Origin: a virus | Virus record (IMG/VR): IMGVR_UViG_3300045741_000353 | Span: 1 to 37,742 of that record | Length of the DNA stretch: 37,742 bases | Direction: 5' to 3' (one strand) | In this document: positions 31,093 to 37,742 of the stretch, piece by piece | Position numbering within the stretch: position 1 is the first letter of the stretch | How the letters are laid out: each line of letters opens with the position of its first letter | The notes under the pieces: generated by a model | The model's input: only the letters and a program-made list of their open reading frames with translations | The model's database searches: none | Told to the model about the DNA's origin: nothing | Program-made: the position numbers and the translations under genes

Positions 31093-32399
31093 TTTACTGT
31101 CTCACCAATGTCATATTGTCCCATGCCTTGCTGGTCTTGGGTTAAACCAAGATTTACAAATCCTGTCAATGATTTTCCTTTAGCCAACATAATCGCAAAT
31201 GTTGCAGCTGCCGCTGGAGTTGCCATTGATGTACCATTTAGAATTTTTACAGGTCCACCAAGAGGGATTGGCCAGGTGGATGGGATATTTGAGCCTGGAG
31301 CAATACCCATCTTACCACCTATTTTTACACCTCGACTTGAGAAAAAAGACATATGCATTGATTCATCCATTGAGGTCACAGTCCATACGTTTGGTTTATT
31401 ACCTGGAAATCCAATAGGTCCTCCAGAACTATTTCCAGCCGCTGCCACAAAAATACCACCTTGAGCAACATAGGCATCAATCTGTGCTCCAATGTAAGGG
31501 TCTGAGCCTTGGTCCATACCCCAACTAGCTGATACAATTTGAGCATGGCTTTGAGCCGCATCATTTATGCATCCACCAAGAGATAATGAATCTCCAGAGC
31601 CTTGATTGTTTAACCCTTTACATGGCTTGATTTTAACATGCGCATGACCAAACCGAGTGCTCCCAATGATGCCAGCTGTGTGACTGCCATGGCCTGAGCC
31701 GTCAATATTCACTGGCTGTCCAGCAACTCGACTCACTCCAGGCACAAGCATACCAGCTGGAAATTGGTCCATAATTGATTGGTCAAGACCAGTGTCAATA
31801 TCCTCAATCAAGATATTACTCGCATCAATCCCTTGGCTCACATGCATGGCCTTTTGACCCCACGTTGTTTCTTGAATTGGACTTGGGTTAGGTGTTGGCG
31901 TTGGCACTGGATTAGGCGTTGGTGGTGGAGTGGGAGTTGGTACAGGTTGCGGGGGAGATTGGCAATTGCTGTCAACTGGAGTTAGCCTGTAAAGCGTCTC
32001 ATAAACATGGTAATATTGAACCTTTTGAATGGTCCAATTTTCATCAGAATGCTTTGAAAAATCCTCACCATGTTTTGCAACAAAACTAAATCCATTTATG
32101 CCATCAATAGGTTCAACTTGGTCGGCATTAAGTGTTGCCATTTGAAAATATTTTGCCTCAATCGTTTTATCACCTTTTTGCTTTTTAAATTTATGCTTGT
32201 GAAACGCAATCCATTTATCAGTCTTTGGCTCATCAATCTGATATTTGGCAAATTCTTGAGGTTTTGATTTAGGTAATGATCTGTAAGGATGATAATAAAA
32301 TGCGAGCATTGTTAAACCAGTGATTATAAATAAGATCAAAGGTACAATTTTTAACCACTTGGACCAAAAATCAACCATGTCTTTTTGCTCATTATCCAT
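31089..32399 (-). CDS. Membrane-anchored subtilisin-like serine protease (S8)
   Basis: N-terminal TM helix IVPLILFIITGLTMLAFYY and a Pro/Thr linker PPQPVPTPTPPPTPNPVPTPTPNPSP. Catalytic motifs in D-H-S order: DIDTG, HGSHTAG, AAAGN, GTSMATP. Confidence 0.85.
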   Translation of the reverse strand: MDNEQKDMVDFWSKWLKIVPLILFIITGLTMLAFYYHPYRSLPKSKPQEFAKYQIDEPKTDKWIAFHKHKFKKQKGDKTIEAKYFQMATLNADQVEPIDGINGFSFVAKHGEDFSKHSDENWTIQKVQYYHVYETLYRLTPVDSNCQSPPQPVPTPTPPPTPNPVPTPTPNPSPIQETTWGQKAMHVSQGIDASNILIEDIDTGLDQSIMDQFPAGMLVPGVSRVAGQPVNIDGSGHGSHTAGIIGSTRFGHAHVKIKPCKGLNNQGSGDSLSLGGCINDAAQSHAQIVSASWGMDQGSDPYIGAQIDAYVAQGGIFVAAAGNSSGGPIGFPGNKPNVWTVTSMDESMHMSFFSSRGVKIGGKMGIAPGSNIPSTWPIPLGGPVKILNGTSMATPAAAATFAIMLAKGKSLTGFVNLGLTQDQQGMGQYDIGETVK

Positions 32400-32426
32400 T
32401 TCTAATCCCCTTTTTTTTGTTTTTAA

Positions 32427-33170
32427 TTAGACAAAAATTTTGCGACCTATCTTGTTTAACTCTGGGCAAATAAATTCAGCTGGACAAAATTGACACCAAT
32501 CCCCTTGATTGAGCGGAGGATTTATCTCATCAGATGCCTTTATTGCTGCCCTAGCTTTGTTACCAAAATCAATTAATTCTTGAACGGTGAATTTAGCCGA
32601 TCTGTTTGGACCATGTTTGTGCTGTGCTCTTGGTTGCATAATATGAGCCGTGATTGGCTTTGTGAAATCGACATTATTTTTAAAACGAGTCAATGCTCCA
32701 AGAGCATAGCTCATCATCTGAGTATTTTTTTCTGGCTCAACAATCCATAAACCATATTTTAAATCAAAAATATGTAATGATTGAGATTTGGTCAATTGTG
32801 CCACATCACATGAGCCAAACCACCTTGGGTCAACTTTTTCCATTGTGAATCTTTGCTCAATATGGATTGAACCACCGTTTGCATCCATATGGCTGTTAAC
32901 GTAATCAACAGACTTTTGCACATTCTTTGCCATCATAGTTGGACATTTATTACCGCTTGGTAATTTAACGCCAATAAAATTTATTGCAGGTACATTTTTT
33001 TTTAAAGACATTTCCAAAACCCAGTGAGCATCAGTGCCCTCAATGGCCTCAGGTGTGTCTTTTTGAGGTGGAGATTTTTCAGATAATTTAATTGAGCCGG
33101 GACAATTGAGCCATCTTTTACTAGCGCTTGGAGCAAAGATTGAATGCTTGCGCTCAATCAATGTGCTCAT
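32427..33170 (-). CDS. PD-(D/E)XK exonuclease, Cas4-like/DUF2800-type with a Cys cluster
   Basis: N-terminal SASKRWLNCPGS and C-terminal CQFCPAEFIC (C...CxxCx5C pattern), with a D..K core (FDLKYG). Confidence 0.6.
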   Translation of the reverse strand: MSTLIERKHSIFAPSASKRWLNCPGSIKLSEKSPPQKDTPEAIEGTDAHWVLEMSLKKNVPAINFIGVKLPSGNKCPTMMAKNVQKSVDYVNSHMDANGGSIHIEQRFTMEKVDPRWFGSCDVAQLTKSQSLHIFDLKYGLWIVEPEKNTQMMSYALGALTRFKNNVDFTKPITAHIMQPRAQHKHGPNRSAKFTVQELIDFGNKARAAIKASDEINPPLNQGDWCQFCPAEFICPELNKIGRKIFV

Positions 33171-33256
33171 TTTGGTCTATGATTCAAAATCAAATTAATT
33201 ACAGTGAGAATGACTAAGATCAAAATCACCGTTTCAATTGTGTCTCTTGATATCAT
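33167..33256 (-). CDS. 29-aa hydrophobic micro-protein
   Basis: SD AAAGGGGTAAT before the ATG. Translation: MISRDTIETVILILVILTVINLILNHRPK. The stop overlaps the nuclease ATG (ATGA). Confidence 0.45.
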   Translation of the reverse strand: MISRDTIETVILILVILTVINLILNHRPK

Positions 33257-33265
33257 ATTACCCCT

Positions 33266-33523
33266 TTAGTTGATTTTAATTTCACACCTAACTGGTATGG
33301 TTTTATCAACATCATCCCTTAATTGACTCGCAAATTTAACAATCCTAAGATTTATCAATTTTGTCAATGGTATGCCGAGTAATTTTGCAACACTCTTGAA
33401 CCTATTTGGAGGCAAATCAACTTTGCCAGATTCAATTCTGCACCAAAAACCATGATTTATTTTTAGTTTTTGAGCCGCTTGAGATTGAGTTAGGCCTGAC
33501 TTTTCTCTTAATTGCTTGATCAT
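33266..33523 (-). CDS. XRE-family helix-turn-helix transcriptional regulator, 85 aa
   Basis: LREKSGLTQSQAAQKLKINHGFWCRIESGK is a typical HTH_3 pattern. Confidence 0.7.
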   Translation of the reverse strand: MIKQLREKSGLTQSQAAQKLKINHGFWCRIESGKVDLPPNRFKSVAKLLGIPLTKLINLRIVKFASQLRDDVDKTIPVRCEIKIN

Positions 33524-33557
33524 TAAAACCTCAAATGTAAATCATTAGATTAGCCAA

Positions 33558-33995
33558 TTATGGCTGTATCAAATAAAATGCAAGCCACCAATAAAAATAC
33601 CACCAATGCGAGCCATTTCTAATCATATCTTTAATGGCATCCCAAACTGGCATCCCCTTTTTTATGTTGTATGCAGCACATACTAGCCCAGTCCTGTCCT
33701 TACCAGTTTTGCAATGCACATAAATTGGCTGATATTTAGTCATTAATTCAACTGCATCATCTAGCTCATGCTTTGTTGGTGGCAATATCGCACCAAGAGG
33801 ATGGCACCAACCAATCATATTGCATTGATCAGCAATTAGTTGATTCTCAAGTGGTGAGCCGTCCATTAGCCAATGTGCTCCAGTCTCAAGGTCCAGCACA
33901 TGACTAATCTCAAGAGCAATTAATTGTTTCCAATCATCTGGATTTTGAGGCTCAGGACCACGCCAAATTTTAGCGTCAACTTGTTTTATTTCCAT
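33558..33995 (-). CDS. Cys-based protein tyrosine/dual-specificity phosphatase-like enzyme
   Basis: Active-site loop VHCKTGKDRTG (HCx5R[S/T]). Confidence 0.7.
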   Translation of the reverse strand: MEIKQVDAKIWRGPEPQNPDDWKQLIALEISHVLDLETGAHWLMDGSPLENQLIADQCNMIGWCHPLGAILPPTKHELDDAVELMTKYQPIYVHCKTGKDRTGLVCAAYNIKKGMPVWDAIKDMIRNGSHWWYFYWWLAFYLIQP

Positions 33996-34344
33996 ACGTT
34001 TCTCGCTCTAAATTTTCTTTGTATTGTTGATAAACTTTATCAAGATTTACTCGCTTTGGCAAAGAGCTGGTCAATGTCACAGACCAATTAATAACAGCCG
34101 CCAAACTCTCAAATCGCTTGAGCTCATGATTGTTTTGCATATGCTCTAAGGTAATACCAAATGTTTTTTCTAATGCTTTTCTAACCTTAAAATCAGCCAT
34201 GTACAAATCAACACTTGCCCAGCTTGCTCTAGAGCATATTTTTTTATTAAATATCATCCCATTGCTCAAGACGCCAACACATTGAAATCTGCCGGGGGTA
34301 TCGCAGATGCTGACAAAATAAATCTTGAGACTTGATTTTCTCAC
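33976..34344 (-). CDS. Hypothetical protein, 122 aa
   Basis: ORF track. GTG start overlaps the upstream stop (GTGA). Confidence 0.45.
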   Translation of the reverse strand: MRKSSLKIYFVSICDTPGRFQCVGVLSNGMIFNKKICSRASWASVDLYMADFKVRKALEKTFGITLEHMQNNHELKRFESLAAVINWSVTLTSSLPKRVNLDKVYQQYKENLERETYGNKTS

Positions 34345-35363
34345 AAAGAAATATCATCCTCTTGTCTAGCACTAAAATAGGCTCTGATTTGGTCGCGCAT
34401 TCTAATTTGACGTTCATCCCACGTTTCAAGTTGAATCAAGCCTTGAGAATCAATCTTGATGTCTGTGGTTGGGTCATATTGGTTGTTGATAAAAATATTC
34501 TCTCTGGTGTTGTACCCTCGGTTTATTTTTTTACCATGCCAATCATCAAGCACTAGACCTTTGACGTATCCAACATCCCTCTTTATCCAACGCTCACAAA
34601 GAGCCTGTTGCCTGAGCCAACTGTTGCGGTAACCATCTGTGTATCTACTTAAAACAGGGAGCATGAGACCATCTGTCAACATGTGTGCTAGATACCAATC
34701 TCCAGCACCAAGAATGGCTTGCTGTGGTAATCCACCAATTTTATCAAGAGCATCCCTGTTTGCAGCCCACGCTAGGCCAGGTGAACCCCAACGTTTTGGA
34801 CCATCACCATAGCCATAATCAAGCTTTTCCTGTTCAATTATGCCTGGCGGATATGCTTTGCCATATTTCACATAGTTAGCCATAAAACTAGGTCCAGGCA
34901 CATCAACAGGATTGTCAAAGTAATCTAAACTTAAAAGATTTTCCCACATTTGGACAAACTCATAGTGCTGGAGCGCGTGCCAAGTGTCCTCAAACCATTC
35001 TCTTGGTGGACGCGCTGGTCTGCAATCAGCATCAATCCAAGCGACCTCTCTGACATTTTCTGAGCCAAACATAGCAACTGCATGTTGAATACCAAGATTT
35101 AGCATATTTTCTTTGTGCCATAAAACCTCAACAGTCCTTACCTGCAAATGGTAAGGATAATTGTGTTTAGTTAACATAAAGTGCCTATGACCAAAGGCTT
35201 GCTCAACCACAATTAAATTCACTCCAGAGGCTTTGCACATTTCCTCAAAGCGCCAAAAAAGCTCAAATCGCCTGCGATATTTCATCGGATTTGAAACACA
35301 AGTAATGACCCAAAATTTGCTTAAATCAGCCTTTGTTTTTGTTGGCTTAAATTGCTCATCCAT
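34341..35363 (-). CDS. Putative GT-A-like nucleotide-sugar transferase, 340 aa
   Basis: VITCVSNP... start, a DxD-like WIDADC, and later GAGDW. This resembles a widespread phage/giant-virus transferase-like family, from memory only. Confidence 0.35.
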   Translation of the reverse strand: MDEQFKPTKTKADLSKFWVITCVSNPMKYRRRFELFWRFEEMCKASGVNLIVVEQAFGHRHFMLTKHNYPYHLQVRTVEVLWHKENMLNLGIQHAVAMFGSENVREVAWIDADCRPARPPREWFEDTWHALQHYEFVQMWENLLSLDYFDNPVDVPGPSFMANYVKYGKAYPPGIIEQEKLDYGYGDGPKRWGSPGLAWAANRDALDKIGGLPQQAILGAGDWYLAHMLTDGLMLPVLSRYTDGYRNSWLRQQALCERWIKRDVGYVKGLVLDDWHGKKINRGYNTRENIFINNQYDPTTDIKIDSQGLIQLETWDERQIRMRDQIRAYFSARQEDDISL

Positions 35364-35379
35364 TTTTTATCCTCTAAAT

Positions 35380-35646
35380 TTAGTCTGGTCGATTGTACTC
35401 AGAAATTGGTAACCACACCATACTAGGCATCCTGATGAAATGTGTCCATTGTTTCTCAAAAAGCCTAAAACCAACCCACTCAAACTGATGTGGCGTCCCA
35501 AGTGTCCAACCATCATCCCTCATAAATCCAACAACAGGCGCATCCCTGCCATTTTGAATTACCTTGAGCATAGTCCAGGTCTCACCATGCTCATTGATTA
35601 TGACCCGAGAGAACCCCTTAAAAGGATGGGTTAGTGCTTGCTGCAT
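35380..35646 (-). CDS. Hypothetical protein, 88 aa
   Basis: The ORF is open from 35706, but ATG 35646 has GAGG 6 nt upstream and avoids overlapping the previous gene. Confidence 0.5.
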   Translation of the reverse strand: MQQALTHPFKGFSRVIINEHGETWTMLKVIQNGRDAPVVGFMRDDGWTLGTPHQFEWVGFRLFEKQWTHFIRMPSMVWLPISEYNRPD

Positions 35647-35653
35647 GTTTACC

Positions 35654-35884
35654 TCATAGCTCTTGATGTCTTCTGCAATTGCTGCACAATCTATTTTGCA
35701 CACCATGGGACATAAACTTGTGACAGCATTTGAGACAAGTCCTTAGTCCAGGTTTTATTTCTGTCAACTTGAGCGATGTCCTAAACTCATTAGCCTCAGC
35801 CAAAGTGCTTGGATGATAAATATCATATGCAAAAATATTCTCAATTTTTAGATGAGCTTGATATCTACGTTGTCTTGATGGCAT
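35654..35884 (-). CDS. Zinc-ribbon protein, 76 aa
   Basis: CLKC-x13-CSNC four-Cys pattern, possibly TraR/DksA-like. Confidence 0.45.
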   Translation of the reverse strand: MPSRQRRYQAHLKIENIFAYDIYHPSTLAEANEFRTSLKLTEIKPGLRTCLKCCHKFMSHGVQNRLCSNCRRHQEL

Positions 35885-35887
35885 TTT

Positions 35888-36022
35888 TTATTTCTTTTTT
35901 CGAGCCATGCCAGCTTTACTATATGCAATAGCAACCGCTTGCTTTTGCGGTTTACCAGATTTCATTTCAGTCTTAATGTTGCTTGCGATTGTTTTTTTAG
36001 ATGACCCTTTTTTTAGCGGCAT
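35888..36022 (-). CDS. Small basic conserved protein, 44 aa (below the ORF-track cutoff)
   Basis: SD GGGGGGATTT before the ATG. Translation: [44 protein letters not shown]. It resembles a widespread small phage/bacterial family, from memory. Confidence 0.55.
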   Translation of the reverse strand: MPLKKGSSKKTIASNIKTEMKSGKPQKQAVAIAYSKAGMARKKK

Positions 36023-36044
36023 AAATCCCCCCGATGCCTTTTTG

Positions 36045-36617
36045 TTATTTGTCCCTATGCTCATAAATAAGTTTTAGTTTTTGATCTTTTGTTGAATTGT
36101 AGAAATCATCAGGCGTCACAGTTGGCTCGCCAAATGTTTCTCTCAGTGTGAATGTCTCAGAGAATTTTTTTGATGTCATTTGCAAATAAAAATAAACCAA
36201 TCTAGAGCAATAGAATGCACGCTGTGCTCCCCAATCAAACTCATAATCATAATTTGAGCCAATTGCTGATGTTGCTCTGTTAAATGCTAGTGTTGCATCT
36301 TTATCATCAAATCTAATCACGCACCAATTGTGCTTTTTTAAAACCCAGTCAAAAAAATTTACCTCTTGGACAGATGGTGCCACACTCTCAATCACTTTTC
36401 CATAGCCATAAATTGCGGCATGTGACCAGTAACCAGGGATAAATAAATTGGTAAAATGCCAGGCCTCTCTTGAGAGCAAAATATCACCTTGCCTCATCCT
36501 TTGCAGAGCAAAGTTGGCCTCACTAAACGTAGTCTGTGGCTCTGGAGGATGCATTTTCTGCATGATCTTTTGAATTGGGATTGAGAGGTGGAGCAACCAA
36601 TATCTAATTTTTTTCAT
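36045..36617 (-). CDS. YiiX/YaeF-like permuted papain-fold (C92/NlpC-P60-related) amidase
   Basis: The pattern GDILLSRE...YWSHAAIY...VIES...GSNYDYEF...FYCSRLVY matches the permuted His...Cys arrangement of that family. Confidence 0.55.
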   Translation of the reverse strand: MKKIRYWLLHLSIPIQKIMQKMHPPEPQTTFSEANFALQRMRQGDILLSREAWHFTNLFIPGYWSHAAIYGYGKVIESVAPSVQEVNFFDWVLKKHNWCVIRFDDKDATLAFNRATSAIGSNYDYEFDWGAQRAFYCSRLVYFYLQMTSKKFSETFTLRETFGEPTVTPDDFYNSTKDQKLKLIYEHRDK

Positions 36618-36808
36618 TCAATGCGTTTAACTTCAATGCCATTATCTTGAGGTGTTAAAATCCAAACCATTTTGCCATCACTAATTGCTTTTTGTTTAGT
36701 AGTCTTAGGCTTTGGCCCGATAAAAACAAACCAAGGCACTAACAATGATTTTCCAACTTGCAGTGCCTTTATCCTTGATTGATATCTCATTAATGCTTCA
36801 CTGATCAT
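36614..36808 (-). CDS. Hypothetical protein, 64 aa
   Basis: ORF track. A 4-nt overlap with the downstream gene. Confidence 0.45.
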   Translation of the reverse strand: MISEALMRYQSRIKALQVGKSLLVPWFVFIGPKPKTTKQKAISDGKMVWILTPQDNGIEVKRIE

Positions 36809-37051
36809 TCAATCCTCTAATTTTGTTTTGCTCTGGATTTCAATATCACGCAAAATGCGTTTTGCAATTGTCACCAGTCCAACAGAATTGGTCTGTGGAA
36901 AAACTTGAGGATTAGATGCTAGAGCGCAACAAATTTCAACCAATTCTTTTTGTTGCTGAAATCCTAAGGATGAGGCCATTTCACTGGCCTCGTGCATACC
37001 TAAATTAGGATTTTCTGCCCTAATTCTTTTAGAGTCAGTTGATTTAGCCAT
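36809..37051 (-). CDS. Hypothetical protein, 80 aa
   Basis: ORF track. TAATG overlap with the SSB-like gene stop. Confidence 0.5.
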   Translation of the reverse strand: MAKSTDSKRIRAENPNLGMHEASEMASSLGFQQQKELVEICCALASNPQVFPQTNSVGLVTIAKRILRDIEIQSKTKLED

Positions 37052-37689
37052 TAAAAAGGTACGTCCATGTCATCGGGGATTGGTTTAGATTCACGCCTCG
37101 GTTTGCCTGTTTTTGTTGGCGCATAATTCTTTGGAGCCTTTCGCATAGTATGATCGCGCGTCTCTCCCGGAGGCTCTGGAAAATCATCCTTAGAGGTTGG
37201 CTTTGCTGCGGTTGGCTTTGCTGCGGTTGGCTTTGCGGTTTGTCTTGGTGGTTGTGCAGTGGCTGGTTTGCTGACTGTCTTGTCAAGCGCAGCTGGCCTA
37301 TCAATCAATTCATTCAAATAAACATTGTTGTACATTTTGCCTTGCCATTCTTTTTGTGCAACATAGATTATAACTGGCATTGGCATATTGTCCCATATTA
37401 GTGTTGCAATATCTTCAGGGCTGCCAACCTGAGAATAATCAAGACCAAGTGTGCTTAAATCTTTTTTTAAAAAACCAATCCCACGTCCCTCAAGCTGGTA
37501 ATTACCAAAAAGCTTGCGTCCCTCATTAACTCCCTCAGTAATTTGATATATGCAACTGAGCCTCACTGGCTCTTTTGTCAAATCCACCTGGCAATCAATG
37601 AGCTCAGCCTCATATTCGCCAGTTTCAATTAACGAAAATCCACCTGACTCTGGCGCTGTCTCTTGAAACATGCTCTTAAATTCTGACAT
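37051..37689 (-). CDS. DUF669-like single-stranded DNA-binding protein with an SSB-type acidic C-terminal tip
   Basis: N-terminal OB-like region typical of the DUF669 partners of Sak4. Pro/Ala/Lys linker with AKPTA tandem repeats. The C-terminus DDMDVPF mimics the bacterial SSB tip DDDIPF. SD GAGGGGAT. Confidence 0.55.
   Translation of the reverse strand: MSEFKSMFQETAPESGGFSLIETGEYEAELIDCQVDLTKEPVRLSCIYQITEGVNEGRKLFGNYQLEGRGIGFLKKDLSTLGLDYSQVGSPEDIATLIWDNMPMPVIIYVAQKEWQGKMYNNVYLNELIDRPAALDKTVSKPATAQPPRQTAKPTAAKPTAAKPTSKDDFPEPPGETRDHTMRKAPKNYAPTKTGKPRRESKPIPDDMDVPF
37196..37240. repeat. 15-nt tandem repeat (GGTTGGCTTTGCTGC, 2 full copies plus a partial one) encoding the AKPTA linker repeats
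   Basis: Read directly. It lies inside the SSB-like gene linker. Confidence 0.85.
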
Positions 37690-37742
37690 ATTATCCCCTC
37701 TCTTTTTTTTGTTTTAAAATCAAATTATCAAGTCGCTTAAAT
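37616..37742. repeat. Terminal direct repeat, copy 2 (identical to 1..127)
   Basis: Same 127-nt string as the window start. The unique genome length is therefore 37,615 bp. Confidence 0.9.

Overview
The window appears to be a complete tailed-phage (siphovirus-like) genome of 37,615 unique bp. Bases 1-127 are repeated exactly at 37616-37742, which looks like a circular or terminally redundant contig closed by a 127-bp assembly overlap. The backbone is AT-rich and densely coded, and it has two divergent arms. The rightward arm (about 2.0-28.4 kb, + strand) encodes a VirE-like helicase, a metallophosphoesterase, the small and large terminase subunits, portal, scaffold, major capsid, fibre-like proteins, major tail protein, a chaperone pair with a -1 frameshift site, tape measure, tail fibre and tip proteins, an embedded lysis cassette with a GH25 endolysin, and a VRR-NUC nuclease. 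The leftward arm (- strand) runs from about 1.8 kb across the junction down to 28.57 kb. It encodes a Sak4-like ATPase, a DUF669/SSB-like protein, a Cas4-like nuclease, an XRE regulator and a run of accessory enzymes: a YiiX-like amidase, a GT-A-like transferase, a Cys-based phosphatase, a membrane-anchored subtilase, a small methyltransferase and a GH46 chitosanase. No integrase, DNA polymerase, tRNA, CRISPR array or reverse transcriptase was seen. Five things stand out. (1) A high-GC island of translationally coupled genes at 28.57-31.09 kb ends in a GH46 chitosanase. That gene is preceded by an unannotated 52-aa ORF built entirely from 24 hexamer repeats encoding (Gly-Tyr/Ser/Asp)n. (2) Four proteins in the virion module carry canonical Sec-type signal peptides. 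(3) The lysis cassette, which includes two lipoproteins, sits inside the tail gene block. (4) An ATGTAGG iteron and palindrome cluster lies downstream of the replication gene. (5) A hairpin-rich divergent control region ends in a terminator on the antisense strand. All functional calls come from motifs read by eye, without database searches.
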